From NCBI GenBank assembly GCA_963666055.2, contig CAXWPH010000012.1:384001-448000 (forward strand): a DNA stretch of 64,000 bases. The letters run 5' to 3'. Source of the stretch: Acidobacteriota bacterium (GTDB taxonomy: Bacteria; Acidobacteriota; UBA890; WLXD01). Positions 29,156-39,656 of the stretch are shown here, one piece after another; the stretch's first letter is position 1, and each line of letters opens with the position of its first letter. Under the pieces are notes generated by a model. That model saw nothing but the letters and a program-made list of their open reading frames with translations, was not told the origin of the DNA and searched no databases. A program made the position numbers and the translations under genes.

Positions 29156-30253
29156 ATGCGGCATGCCCATCGGATAAGTGCGGCGGTAGCGGCCGTCTCG
29201 AGCTTGTTGGCAGTGACGTCGGGCGGGGGGCTGTACGCCCAAACTTCGACGACCAATCCGTATCGCGTCACGCTGGGCTGGGAGAAACTTCCTGAAGGAA
29301 GAACGCTGGGCATCATGAGCGGAGCCTTTCCCGACCTCGATGGCCAGCACCTGTGGATGCTGGACCGGTGTGGCGGGAATCAGTGCGCTGGGACCGACTT
29401 GGACCCGATCCTAAAGTTCGACCTCGACGGCAACCTGGTGGAGAGCTTCGGTGCGGGGATCTTCGCCTTTCCTCACGGCTTCTACCTGGACCACGAGGGG
29501 TTTCTCTGGGTAACCGAGGGAGGGTCACACGGCGACGCCCGCGCGACGCTGGGTGAGAGCCTGGGGTTGGGTCATCAGGTCCTGAAGCTCGACCAGCGAG
29601 GAGAGGTGGTGATGCGGCTCGGTGAGGCCGGGGTCTGGGGAGACGGCCCGGACCACTTCAACGGGCCGTCCGGCGTCGCGGTCGCCAGAAACGGGGACAT
29701 CTGGGTCGCCGATGGACACCGGGGCGGGAACAACCGCCTCGTCAAGTTCTCGAGTGACGGCACCTTCCTTCTCGAAGTGGGCGGTGGCGTCGGTTCAGAG
29801 AGCCGGGAGCCGGGTCGGTTCAGCGACCCGCACGACGTCAAGCTCGACTCCCGGGGCCGCGTCTACGTCGCCGACCGCGGCAACAGCCGGATCCAGGTCT
29901 TCGACCCGGCCGGCAACCTCCTCTACATCTGGACGCAATACGGCAAGCCGAGCGGGCTCTTCATTGACCGCGACGATATCCTCTACGCGGCCGACGGCCT
30001 TTCGGGCACGCCAAGAACCGGCCCCCCCGACCCTTGGCGGAGCAACTTCGGGTGGGAGAAGGGGATCCGAATCGGCGACCTCAAAGAGGAACAGGCTTGG
30101 GTCGTGCACTTCGTTCCCCAACACGACGCGGACGTCGGGCCGGGGCTCGAGTTCCTCGGCGTAGACTTCTCCGGCAACATCTACGCTGGGGAAATCAACC
30201 GCGAGCGTCTGGTGAGATACGTGCCGTTCCGGCCGCTCAACGTGAAGAGGTAG
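29156..30253 (+). CDS. NHL-repeat protein, peptidyl-alpha-hydroxyglycine amidating lyase-like
   Basis: FAFPHG, FNGPSGVAV, F.DPH, VYVADRGNSRIQVFD, GKPSGLFI. Confidence 0.8.
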   Translation: MRHAHRISAAVAAVSSLLAVTSGGGLYAQTSTTNPYRVTLGWEKLPEGRTLGIMSGAFPDLDGQHLWMLDRCGGNQCAGTDLDPILKFDLDGNLVESFGAGIFAFPHGFYLDHEGFLWVTEGGSHGDARATLGESLGLGHQVLKLDQRGEVVMRLGEAGVWGDGPDHFNGPSGVAVARNGDIWVADGHRGGNNRLVKFSSDGTFLLEVGGGVGSESREPGRFSDPHDVKLDSRGRVYVADRGNSRIQVFDPAGNLLYIWTQYGKPSGLFIDRDDILYAADGLSGTPRTGPPDPWRSNFGWEKGIRIGDLKEEQAWVVHFVPQHDADVGPGLEFLGVDFSGNIYAGEINRERLVRYVPFRPLNVKR

Positions 30254-30366
30254 GGCGCGTCCAGCCGTCTCCGGAGGGCAGCTTTTCTCCAAGGAGACCC
30301 GACCCATCGCGGAGGACAACTTGCTCGAGCAAGAAAAGCTCGGCTCAGGCGTCAATGTGTGGCGCT

Positions 30367-30858
30367 TCAGCCGAACACGCTTGTCCGAAGTGCGGCGAAG
30401 AAACTGACGATTCGGTCGATTGCCGGATCGAAGATGCCACTCAGAATCATGGCCACAGCGATGAGGGTCAGGACGACGCCAACGATCGTACGGACCGTCT
30501 CCCTGGTATCGGCGGGCGGAGCATTACGAAACCACGTGATTCCATTGACCACCGAGTAGGGAACCAACGAGATGAACAACAGCGCCCAGGGTGCGATAAA
30601 GACACCATAGAGAACCTGGCGGACGGTATGCGGGATTTCGGCAAACGTATCGATTGCAGCGAATACCCAGAAGAAGACGATCGCGCCCACGAGCCAGGGC
30701 ATGAGTAAGGCTGCAGCCCAAGACATGAGTAGCGCCGCAACCCGTGATCCGTCTTTGTTGTCCTGGGCTGTGGTGTCCGTACCCTCGGAGCGCGCAAGAC
30801 CGCCGGCTTGATCCGCTGACCCTGGCTCGCGCTTGTTCCACCTATCCGCGTCCGACAT
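30367..30858 (-). CDS. Hypothetical membrane protein (3 TM)
   Basis: Three hydrophobic segments; no recognisable motif. Confidence 0.5.
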   Translation of the reverse strand: MSDADRWNKREPGSADQAGGLARSEGTDTTAQDNKDGSRVAALLMSWAAALLMPWLVGAIVFFWVFAAIDTFAEIPHTVRQVLYGVFIAPWALLFISLVPYSVVNGITWFRNAPPADTRETVRTIVGVVLTLIAVAMILSGIFDPAIDRIVSFFAALRTSVFG

Positions 30859-31030
30859 CTTGGCCGGTCTCCCTTGGCCGGGATCGTAGCCGATACTCTC
30901 CGATTAAGCCCAAGGACACGCCCTTCGCCTTGAGACCGTTCACGACAGTTGGCGCGGTAGACAAGCGCCTCACGACGACCGCACAACCTCAGGGGTTACC
31001 CTGTTTACCATATTTGGTTGCGCTGCTCCC

Positions 31031-31202
31031 CTAGCAGGCCGTGGTGAAAGTGTGGTGGGCCTGGCGACAGGGTCTTGCGAGGCGCAGGCAAGGAGAGAGG
31101 AGGAGGCGATGGTTACCCCATCGTTGACGAGGAACGACGCAGCATACGCGCGCAACCCCCTGTCGCCCGATGGGTTACCACACTTTCACCACGGCCTGCT
31201 AG
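31031..31202. mobile_element. MITE, copy 1
   Basis: Perfect 26-bp terminal inverted repeat CTAGCAGGCCGTGGTGAAAGTGTGGT (31031-31056 / 31177-31202), internal stems, no transposase. Confidence 0.8.
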
Positions 31203-31500
31203 ACAGTCTACCGGACAACTGACTGCTGTCTGTGGGGATGCGACCAGGTAAGGTCGCTAGACGGCTCGGTTGCACGTCCTCTGAGCGCCACCTCCGGATG
31301 GTGCCCTACTGAACGACATCGGTGGCCGAGGGCCAGGTCTGGTCAGAGTCCTTGCAGAATGCGGTCTGAAGTTGTTTCCTAATAGTTAAGGGCGATTGAT
31401 ACTAGGCGAGGCAGGTTTATCGAGGCTCGCTATGCCTGCACCACGCGCTGTGGCAGAAGCCAACCTCACGAACCGGTCCGATCCGGACCGCGCGTGCGGC

Positions 31501-32817
31501 GTGCGAAGTCTCGTCACAATACTCGCGCTGTGCTTCCTGGGCTCGGTAGCCGGTGGCTGCGCCAGACCGCCCCAGCGACCGAACATCGTGATATTGGACC
31601 TGGACACGCTACGAGCCGATCACCTCGGCTCCTACGGGTACAAGCGCGATACCACGCCGCACATAGATGCTTTGGCGGACCGTGGCAGCCTCTTCTTGCG
31701 GAACTACGCTCAGGCTGGTTGGACCGGACCATCCCAGACCTCGATCCTCACGTCGATGTACGCCTCGGTTCATAAGGTGATCGAACAGGGCCAGGTCCTG
31801 GACCCGAAAATTCCTCTGCTGGCAGAGGTATTGCAAAACAACGGCTACGCAACCGGCGCCTTCTCCCAGCTAATGGGTCACAGTTTCCGCAGAGGATTCG
31901 ACGAGTACATCTGGCGTGACGGGGAATGGGAGACCGGCCCCGTCGATCCCGACCTCGAGTCGACGCTCAAGGAGATGCAGGAATGGGTCGGCAGGCAGAC
32001 CCAGCCATTCTTCCTATTCATGCACACCTATCAGGTACATCTCGGGTACAAGCCGCTGGAGAAATACAAACGGCGCTTCGTGGCGCCGTACTACGACGGG
32101 CCACTACTCGACCTCGACATCACGGAGAGCTTGATGTCGGAAATGAACTCGAGAGGAGAGACGACCGACGACGATCGAGACTACGTGGTGGCGTTGTATG
32201 ACGCCGAGTTGGCCCATCTCGACGACGTCATCGGACGGTTCCTGGAGTCGCTCGACAGGCTTGGGCTCAGCGACAACACCATCGTGGTCGTCCTGTCGGA
32301 TCATGGCGAGGAGTTCGGCGAGCGTGGCCACATGGCACGTCACGGGACTCTCTACAACGAGGTGCTTCGCACGCCGTTGATCATCGCCGGACCCGACGTG
32401 CCCGTGGGCCGCGAGTTCAATCAGCTGGTCCGCAACATCGATGTTGCCCCGACCCTGCTGAGCCTGGCCGGCGTCGAGATCCCGGAGGTCTGGCAGGGCA
32501 CCAGCCTTGAGCCGATCTGGGCAGGTTCAGAGCAGGAGGCCCGGGAGGTATTCGCCGAGAATCCGAACTGGGACGACGCGACCCTGATCATCGACCGCTT
32601 CAAGATCTTCGCCGACGGTCATCTCATCGACCTTCAGAAGGATCCCGGCGAGTTGGTCAACGTAGCGTCAGAACGACCGATAAAGGGCCGACAGTTGTGG
32701 AACCGCCTGACCGCCATCCGCGAAGCCCTGTGGGAAAAGGCGGGCTACATCGCCGGCCCCGTGGAACTGAGCCAGGAAGAGCTCCGTCAGCTCAAGGCCC
32801 TGGGCTATTTGCAGTAG
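31501..32817 (+). CDS. Sulfatase-like (alkaline phosphatase superfamily) lipoprotein
   Basis: DTLRADHL, WTGPSQTS, H.Y..H, SDHGEEF.E.G, LKALGYL; lipobox AGGC. Confidence 0.85.
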   Translation: MRSLVTILALCFLGSVAGGCARPPQRPNIVILDLDTLRADHLGSYGYKRDTTPHIDALADRGSLFLRNYAQAGWTGPSQTSILTSMYASVHKVIEQGQVLDPKIPLLAEVLQNNGYATGAFSQLMGHSFRRGFDEYIWRDGEWETGPVDPDLESTLKEMQEWVGRQTQPFFLFMHTYQVHLGYKPLEKYKRRFVAPYYDGPLLDLDITESLMSEMNSRGETTDDDRDYVVALYDAELAHLDDVIGRFLESLDRLGLSDNTIVVVLSDHGEEFGERGHMARHGTLYNEVLRTPLIIAGPDVPVGREFNQLVRNIDVAPTLLSLAGVEIPEVWQGTSLEPIWAGSEQEAREVFAENPNWDDATLIIDRFKIFADGHLIDLQKDPGELVNVASERPIKGRQLWNRLTAIREALWEKAGYIAGPVELSQEELRQLKALGYLQ

Positions 32818-32960
32818 GCACCCGGCACTTCCGCCGGCAGCGGCCTCATCGAGAGGTATCGAGTTCTGATATCTCACGATGTGGTAGGTCTGACTCGCGA
32901 GCCGAGCGCCACCTTTGTAGACGGAGTTCACCTGATCGCTGGCGAAGACGCCGCCTTCGT

Positions 32961-33290
32961 TCAAGCCCGAGTGACCTCCGTGATCCATTGGAGGTACGGA
33001 TCAGATCCGGCCGTGATTGGAAGACAGATTACCTCTGGGACATCGTAGGAATGCTCAGATTGGAGGACGGTCTCAATTTCATCATAGAGATCGCGACGGG
33101 TCTTGATCAGTATTAGAGTTTCCGGCTCATTGGCGATCGCGCCTTGCCAAACATAAAGACTATGGATGGGCAGAATCTGAACACATGCCGCGAGGCCATG
33201 ACCAAGTAATGAGGACGCAAGCGAGCGAGCTTGCTCTTGGTCGGACGCAGTGGTCATGACCACGCAGTAGTTTTGATTTTGTTCAGGCAT
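32961..33290 (-). CDS. cutA: Divalent-cation tolerance protein CutA
   Basis: LAACVQ, S.Y.WQG, IKT, HSYDVPE, G...YL.W. Confidence 0.92.
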   Translation of the reverse strand: MPEQNQNYCVVMTTASDQEQARSLASSLLGHGLAACVQILPIHSLYVWQGAIANEPETLILIKTRRDLYDEIETVLQSEHSYDVPEVICLPITAGSDPYLQWITEVTRA

Positions 33291-33736
33291 AGCGTTGTCT
33301 ACTCCTGGTTCGAGGGCAGCAGCGTCATTCTGGACGAGAATCCCTCGTCTGTGCCGGCCGAAGTGGGAGAGGCCCGTCAGGCACCACGACGCACACTGTG
33401 GCTATCATCGACGGTACCGGCCTCCGGATTAGTTGTGCGGCTGGCGATATGGTCCCAGGCCGCGAGCCGCCATCTCTGCCAACGCTTCAGGCGGAGCAAC
33501 GTGTTCGCCCAAATGGCGCGGCCACGCTGGCGCCTGTCATGCTCGGGCTTCTCGAAGCGATCCCGCTGCGGTTCTGTTTCGGCCGTCAGTGGATCCGGCA
33601 CCGACCCGTCAACTGCCCACCGGCCGGTCTCTCGATCGAACTTCACGGCTCCGGTAGTTTGCTTGCTACGCACGTTGGATCGCGAGATCAGGCGGAAGTG
33701 CCTCACGCCCGTCTCGGCAACGAGAGTTCGAAAAAT

Positions 33737-33796
33737 CGTGGGGAATCGAAGCCAGCAAGGACGCCTCCCGACGCCCCCCAACGGATTTGAAGTCCG
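33737..33796 (-). pseudogene. selC: Degenerate 3' half of tRNA-Sec (selC), putative att scar
   Basis: Minus strand reads CGGA-CTTCAAA-TCCG (UCA anticodon), a long pairable variable arm, then TTCGATTCC; D-arm and 5' acceptor strand absent. Confidence 0.7.
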
Positions 33797-34262
33797 AATC
33801 CGGGGATTCCGCGCAAGTCGCTGAAGAACAAGAACTTAACTCAACTCCAAGCGACTCAACCACTTCCGACCAGGGGGACTAGGTGTGCCCTTTGGACTGA
33901 ATGGATGCTTCAGCACCAGAAGCGGCTACGGTAGCGGCTACCGTTCGCCGGCTCGGCGGTTCACACCTCAGAGGAGACCATCCAGCCGCTCGCCGGGCAC
34001 GTCAACCTGGGCGCACCACGCACGTGTCTTCTTGCAGCGGTAGGCCGGACGATTCGGCTGTTCCAGGGATCCAAGAATAGCCCTCGTTTCGGAGCCATTT
34101 GGAGCCGGTCGGTGGTGGTTCCCGTAACCCTAAATAGGTAGAACAAGCTGATTCTCGCCCGTTTGGACGTCGCGGCCCGACCGAGAACGCCCGAGATTCA
34201 AGGGTTTCCGGTCCACGGATCACACCCGCCTCCTCGGATTCCGCTTTCAACTTGACAGTACC

Positions 34263-34787
34263 GACCTACATCCCACTGCAGCGAGGCTTTCTGTACCTGG
34301 TTGCGGTGATGGACTGGGCGAGCCGCAAGGTGCTGTCTTGGCGCCTGTCCAACACGCTCGATGCGACCTTCTGCGTCGAGGCCTTGCAAGAGGCTCTCGA
34401 GCACTACGGTGCGCCCGAGATCTTCAACACGGATCAGGGTAGCCAGTTCACCAGCCTCGACTTCACCGGCGTCCTCAAGGAGGCTGGCATTCGCATCTCG
34501 ATGGACGGCAAGGGCCGCTGGATGGACAACGTGTTCATCGAGCGGGCTGTGGCGATCGCTGAAGTACGAGCAGGTCTATTTGTCGGAGTACGCGACCGGC
34601 TCCGAGGCCCGCGCCGGGATCGGCTGGTGGATCGACTTCTACAACGAGCGGAGACCGCACTCGTCGCTCAACGACCGGACGCCCGACGAGGCGTACACTG
34701 ACGACACGGCTGACAGGAGCCGGGGGCTACGCCCCGTCTCCTGTCAGCCCAAGGCAGCTTGAATCATGAACCCGGATTCCACCTTAA
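34263..34787 (+). mobile_element. IS3 family remnant (transposase C-terminus, frameshifted)
   Basis: TYIP...GFLYL.AVMDW.SRKVLSW, TDQGSQF, DNVFIER / LWRSLKYE..YN..RPHSSL; +1 frameshift near 34545. Confidence 0.88.
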
Positions 34788-35956
34788 GGAACCTCTGATC
34801 AATTCGGGTTCGATGGGATAATGCACGCGGATCCGATCACGCCGCCAGAGGGAGAAGGGAATGCGCCAGCAGACGCTTGCCGAAGGGTCCTTTGAGCAGT
34901 ACCGGAAGGTGACCCGCCGGGAGCGGTTCCTGGCAGAGATGGATCAGGTGGTGCCGTGGGCCCAGCTGTGCGCTTTGATCGAGCCGGTGTATCCGAAGCC
35001 GAAGGGAGCGGGACGGCGCCCAGTCGGGCTGGAGAGGATGCTGCGCATCTACTTCATGCAGCAGTGGTTCAACCTGTCGGACCCGGGGGTGGAGGAGGCG
35101 CTGTACGACTCGCGGGCGATGCGTGCCTTCGTGGGGATCGATCTGGGACGGGAGCCGGCGCCGGACGAGACGACGGTGTGCAAGTTCCGGCACCTTCTGG
35201 AGACCCACGAGCTGGGCGTGCAGGTGTTCCACATCGTTGCCGAGCACCTGCAGGGGCGGGGGCTGAAGGTCAGCACGGGCACCATCGTCGACGCGACGAT
35301 CATCACCGCCCCGTCATCGACCAAGAACAAGGCCAAGCAGCGGGATCCGGAGATGCGCTCGACCAAGAAGGGCAACCAATGGTACTTCGGGATGAAGGGA
35401 CACTTCGGTGTGGACAGCAAATCCAAGCTCATTCACTCGGTCGTGGCCACCGCCGCCAATGTCCATGACAGCCAGGTGCTAGAGGATCTGCTGCATGGGC
35501 AGGAGACGCGGGTGTGGGGAGACAGCGCTTATACGGGCCGACGGGAGGTCATTGTCCGGTGTGCTCCCGGTGCCAAGGACTTCACCAACAAGAAAGGGCA
35601 CCGTCACCGGCCACTGACCGAGCGAGACCGAGCTCGAAACCGCACCAAGTCGAAGGTGCGGGCCAAAGTCGAGCACCCGATGCTGGTGATCAAGCGCATC
35701 TTCGGCTTCAGAAAGGTCCGATACCGAGGGCTCCACAAGAACGCGCACCGGCTCTTCGTGACCTGCGCGTTGGCCAACCTATTCATGGCACGCAAGGTGC
35801 TGCTCGCGCACACCTGAAACAGGCACCCTGAGAGGCCGCCGTCGCGGTTGAACCCGTCGGCAGCAGCTCGGAGGGCGACTGCATTCCCACCCTCATGCCG
35901 ACCAGTTCCTCCAATCAGGCTCCATCCTGACTGACGGCCAATTGATCAGACCTTCC
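34788..35956 (+). mobile_element. IS5 family element, apparently intact
   Basis: TIRs GGAACCTCTGATCAAT / ATTGATCAGACCTTCC, TTAA on both sides. Confidence 0.92.
34861..35817 (+). CDS. IS5 family transposase
   Basis: TRRE.FL.EM..VVPW, QQWFNLSD, PDETT..KFRHLLE, VDATII, QWYFGMK.H.GVD, VEHP. Confidence 0.95.
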   Translation: MRQQTLAEGSFEQYRKVTRRERFLAEMDQVVPWAQLCALIEPVYPKPKGAGRRPVGLERMLRIYFMQQWFNLSDPGVEEALYDSRAMRAFVGIDLGREPAPDETTVCKFRHLLETHELGVQVFHIVAEHLQGRGLKVSTGTIVDATIITAPSSTKNKAKQRDPEMRSTKKGNQWYFGMKGHFGVDSKSKLIHSVVATAANVHDSQVLEDLLHGQETRVWGDSAYTGRREVIVRCAPGAKDFTNKKGHRHRPLTERDRARNRTKSKVRAKVEHPMLVIKRIFGFRKVRYRGLHKNAHRLFVTCALANLFMARKVLLAHT

Positions 35957-36748
35957 TTAACCCGCAGGCTGGCACAGTTCGGCGATGAGGAACGACCGGC
36001 AGCGCTACCATCGACATCCCGTTCCGCCAGAGATCATCAGCCACGCCGTGTGGCTATATCACCGCTTCTGCCTGAGCTTGCGCGACGTCGAGGATCTCTT
36101 GGCGCAGCGAGGAGTGACCGTTTCGCATGAAGCGATCCGGTGTTGGTGCGCCAAGTTCGGGACCATCTACGCGGCCAAGCTACGGCGGCGGCAAGGTCGA
36201 CTCGGCGACACCTGGTTATTGGACGAGGTCTTCGTAAGCATCAGCGGCCAGCGGCACTACCTGTGGCGTGCCGTTGACCAGGCTGGTGATCTTCTCGATA
36301 TCCTGCTCCAACGCCGACGAAACGCCCGCGCTGCAAGGCGATTCTTTCGCAAGCTGCTGGAGGGGCAAGGGACGGTGCCGCGGCGGTTGGTCACCGACAA
36401 GCTCCGAAGCTACGCTGCAGCCCACCGCTCGGTCATGCCGTCAGTCGTTCACGAGACCAGGCGCTATGCGAACAACCTAGCGGAGGTGTCGCACCAACCA
36501 AGTCGTCAACGCGAGAGACAGATGCGCAGATTCAAGTCCGTGGCTCACGCATAGCGGTTTCTGTCCGTGCACGGGGCCGTCCGGAATCTCTTCAACTTGA
36601 GCCGACACCGACTACGATCCGCGAACTACCGGGTGCTTCGGACTCGCGCCTTTGGAACCTGGAGCGAGGTAGTTGCCGCCTAAGGCGACCCGGCTCCAGG
36701 CCGCACCTTGCCCGAATCCGAGCGTCGCGTCATTAACTTGACAGTACC
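35957..36748 (+). mobile_element. IS6 family element; left TIR truncated by IS5, transposase has a premature TAG
   Basis: PPEIISHAVWLY.RF.LS.RDVE, DEVFV, YLWRAVD, TDKL.SY; TAG at 36552-36554, frame continues to 36683; right TIR AACTTGACAGTACC. Confidence 0.9.
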
Positions 36749-36760
36749 TGTTGCGAGGTT

Positions 36761-36774
36761 AACTTGACAGTACC
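36761..36774 (+). repeat. Extra IS6 terminal repeat copy
   Basis: AACTTGACAGTACC repeated 26 bp after the element's own TIR. Confidence 0.8.
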
Positions 36775-36794
36775 CTTCATGACGCAGTCGTGAC

Positions 36795-38787
36795 CTAGGT
36801 CCTCTCCGCCCACGGATACTGGAATTCAGGTCGAATGACGTCGGTCAACAGCTCGTGGACGGCTCGATGGGCTTGGTCAAACGCCGCCTGCGTGAGCGAG
36901 ATCGCCGCGGCATCTGAGTTCGCGATCGCGATGCGCCCGAACCTCTGGCGCCCAACGACCCACGGGGCCTCGTCGTAGCCCCAGTCCGGGTCGTAAAGAT
37001 CGTTGGCTCCCCCGGCGTAGCCGTGCGGCCAGCGGCCGACGGTGATGCCGGCGATATCGCGTGCCGGATCGAAACCGCCCTCGCCCAGGGCACGGCCGAG
37101 CTGGTCGCGGATGTTGCGCTCGAAGGTCTCGAACGGGGTCGCCAGCAGCTCCTCGCGCCCGGCGCGGAACTGGTCGCGGGCCGACAACCCCGGCCGGTTC
37201 GGGGCGCGTTGCAACCACAGCAAGATCGGCTCCTCCGGAGACGCCGAGTGGCGATAGTCCCCCAGGTTCACGCCCCAATCCAGATCGATGAACTCGCAGA
37301 ACCCACCCGGGGTGTGGATGTCTTGAACTCCAAGATTCTGGAAGGCAGTCCAGTTGCGGATCGCGACCTGTGTGTAGACGTACGGCTTGCGCACGGCCAT
37401 TCGCAGCGCCTCGGCCTGCTCGGTTGGCAGTTCCGGGCACAGGAACGGAATTATGGCGTTGTAGCAGGCCATGACACACGTATCGGCGGCCACCGAAAGC
37501 GCCTTGCCGTCCTGCACGTACGTCACCGTTACGCCCGACGAACCGCGACGCTCACCCACGTGTCGCACACCGACAACGGTGGAGTTCAGGCGGATTCGCA
37601 CCGGGCTCGTCGGAAGGTCGAGTTGCGAATAGCGCACCGGCGTGGTCACCGAGTCGTGCATCGTGCTCCCGGGCAGCGCCGACGGGATGAGCCAGCGCAC
37701 CAAGAGGCGCGCCACCCCGGCGTTGCCGTCGGGAAAGTGGAGTCCGTGGAAGGGGTTGCTCTCCGTCCCGGCGTTTCGCGGGGGCCGCGGCAGGCCGAGT
37801 CCCTGGAAGCCGGGAAACGTATCCTCGCGAAACGCGCCCCAGGAGCTGTACGAATCGATGCCCGCCGCTCCGTTCGCGTCGCCCCGCTGCCGCAGGTAAG
37901 GGATCACATCCTCACTCACGCCCACTACGTTCAAGACGTAGTCCTGATAGCTCATCTTCCGCAGACGATCGACCTTCTGCTCCACTGTGAGCTCCGGCAG
38001 GTAGTCGGTTTCATCGGCGAACAGCGTCAGGATGCCGCGCTTGGCGTCGTCCGAAAGCGGCGTCCTGGACAGGTACTCCGTCCACCGCTGGCGCCCTTTT
38101 TCGCCGATCACACCACTGGAGAAGGAGCCCCAGGGCTCGCCAACGACGAGTCGATCTTCACCGAACACTTCGCGGGTGAAGAACACTGCCGACTGGAGGC
38201 CCAGTTCGTCATACAGGCTGCCGGAGCTGCCGCGTGGCAGGTTCGCAGCGTCGAGACCGATGTCCTCAAGCAGCGACACGCCTGCCGGGGGGTAGTGGCC
38301 GTCGATGAACTGGGTTCCGCCGTAGCCGATCAGCTGTCGGCCGTCGACATCGAACTCCACGCGCTTCGCATGCCCGCCGAAGTCGTCGTGGTTGTCGAGG
38401 ATCAGTACGGAGGCGTCGGGGAGCGCTTTGCGGAAGTAGTAGGCGGCGGCAAGGCCGCTCAGTCCGCCGCCGACGATGACCAGGTCGTAGTGCTCGCCCG
38501 AATCCGCCGCCTCGTCCCAAGGTCTTCCCGTATCGCATCTCGTGGGCGACCTCGAAGGACCCGTCGTGGCTTCCCCGCATGCCCGTCAGCTTCGGCGGAT
38601 AGTACGCATCGTCAGATGGGGAGGCATCCTGGTGTAACCCGCCCCCCGCTATCGCCGGGCTGTACTCCTGGGTCGCTCCCAACGCACCGATGGAATCAAC
38701 GCCGCCCACTGCAACGCTTGCCCCGTTGAGAAAGTCGCGACGGGTGATCTCGCGGTTCATACCCAGTTCGCGGTCGCTTTTCTTCAC
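36795..38787 (-). pseudogene. Spermidine dehydrogenase (SpdH)-like Tat-exported FAD oxidoreductase, frameshifted near 38520
   Basis: ITRRDFLNG, YYPP.LTG.RGSH.GSFE.AH, YDLVIVGGGLSGL, HFPDGNA..ARLLV, RWPHGY, IANSDA; one extra base joins the two ORFs. Confidence 0.8.
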
Positions 38788-39146
38788 GATTCGTTCCCTC
38801 GGTTGGTGTTGCTCGGCCGATCAGTACGGGTAGTTCCCCTCCGACCTGACATCGCTTCTGGGAAGCTCATCGGCAAGTCACGCTCGAGTACCGGCAAGCA
38901 CATCTTCTTACATTGACCGGCTGGTCCGCACATGCGTTCTTCATCTCACACGTCCGGCTGGCGAAATACTCAGGTAAACAGAACTGAACTGCGATGGCGG
39001 AGAGCTGCCCCGGCGGGCGAAAGCCCCGCAGTATTGACTGTGGCACTGACCTGGTTACTGGCCGATCCTCCAGCACATCTCCTGTGGAACCCCGAAAGCT
39101 CCGGCGATAGGCTTCATGTGCTCACCCGCCCTACTTCGGGAGCGCA

Positions 39147-39487
39147 ATGGAACCCGGCACCAAACTAGGCCCCTACGAGATCACCGCGCAGCTCGGTGCT
39201 GGCGGGATGGGCGAAGTGTACCTGGCACAGGACACCCGCCTGGGCCGCAAGGTGGCCATCAAGGTGCTGCCCGCCGAGTTTGCCTCTGACCCTGAACGCC
39301 TGGCCCGCTTCGAGCAAAAGGCCCGCGCTGCCGCCGCCCTGAACCACCCGCACATCGCAGCCGTTCACGACATAGGCACCGAGGACGGCACCCACTTCAT
39401 GGTGCAGGAGTACCTGGAGGGAGACGCTCCGGGAGCCGCTGGGCAAGGGTGCACTGCCGCTCAAGAAGGCGCTCGGATTGGCCACCA
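39147..39487 (+). pseudogene. Ser/Thr protein kinase N-terminal fragment
   Basis: GPYEI...[29 protein letters not shown]; frameshift near 39421; ends before HRD. Confidence 0.85.
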
Positions 39488-39615
39488 CCCTCGCCTCTAC
39501 GGCAAGTTCCCCCGCGTATTGGGATACTAGGTGCGCGATCAGCCGCTGCGGTCCCTGGCGGACGCGATCCGCAAGATGACCTCGCTGCCGGCGCAGGTTC
39601 TGCGGCGGCGAGACA
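39486..39615 (+). pseudogene. N-acyl-D-amino-acid deacylase fragment
   Basis: [17 protein letters not shown].....ADAIRKMTSLPA matches the family's C-terminal motif. Confidence 0.65.
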
Positions 39616-39656
39616 ACTTCATAGTGATCACAAGATGGCTCACCGGAGCGGGTTCC

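Noticed and set aside
29156-30253. Peptide amidation pathway based on the PAL-like protein
   Set aside because: No PHM-like copper monooxygenase or precursor peptide nearby, and such NHL proteins are common.
33737-33796. Functional tRNA-Sec gene
   Set aside because: The 5' acceptor strand and D-arm are missing and the T-stem is mismatched.
33231-33824. ORFs of 130-197 aa between cutA and the IS cluster
   Set aside because: No recognisable motifs, and they overlap the tRNA-Sec scar; probably non-coding.
36552-36554. Pyrrolysine or programmed readthrough of the TAG in the IS6 transposase
   Set aside because: The other IS6 copy has CAG (AQAQRF) at this position, so this is a simple nonsense mutation.
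37023-38729. 568-aa plus-strand ORF and many other long overlapping ORFs
   Set aside because: Antisense or alternative-frame shadows of real genes in high-GC DNA, with no motifs.
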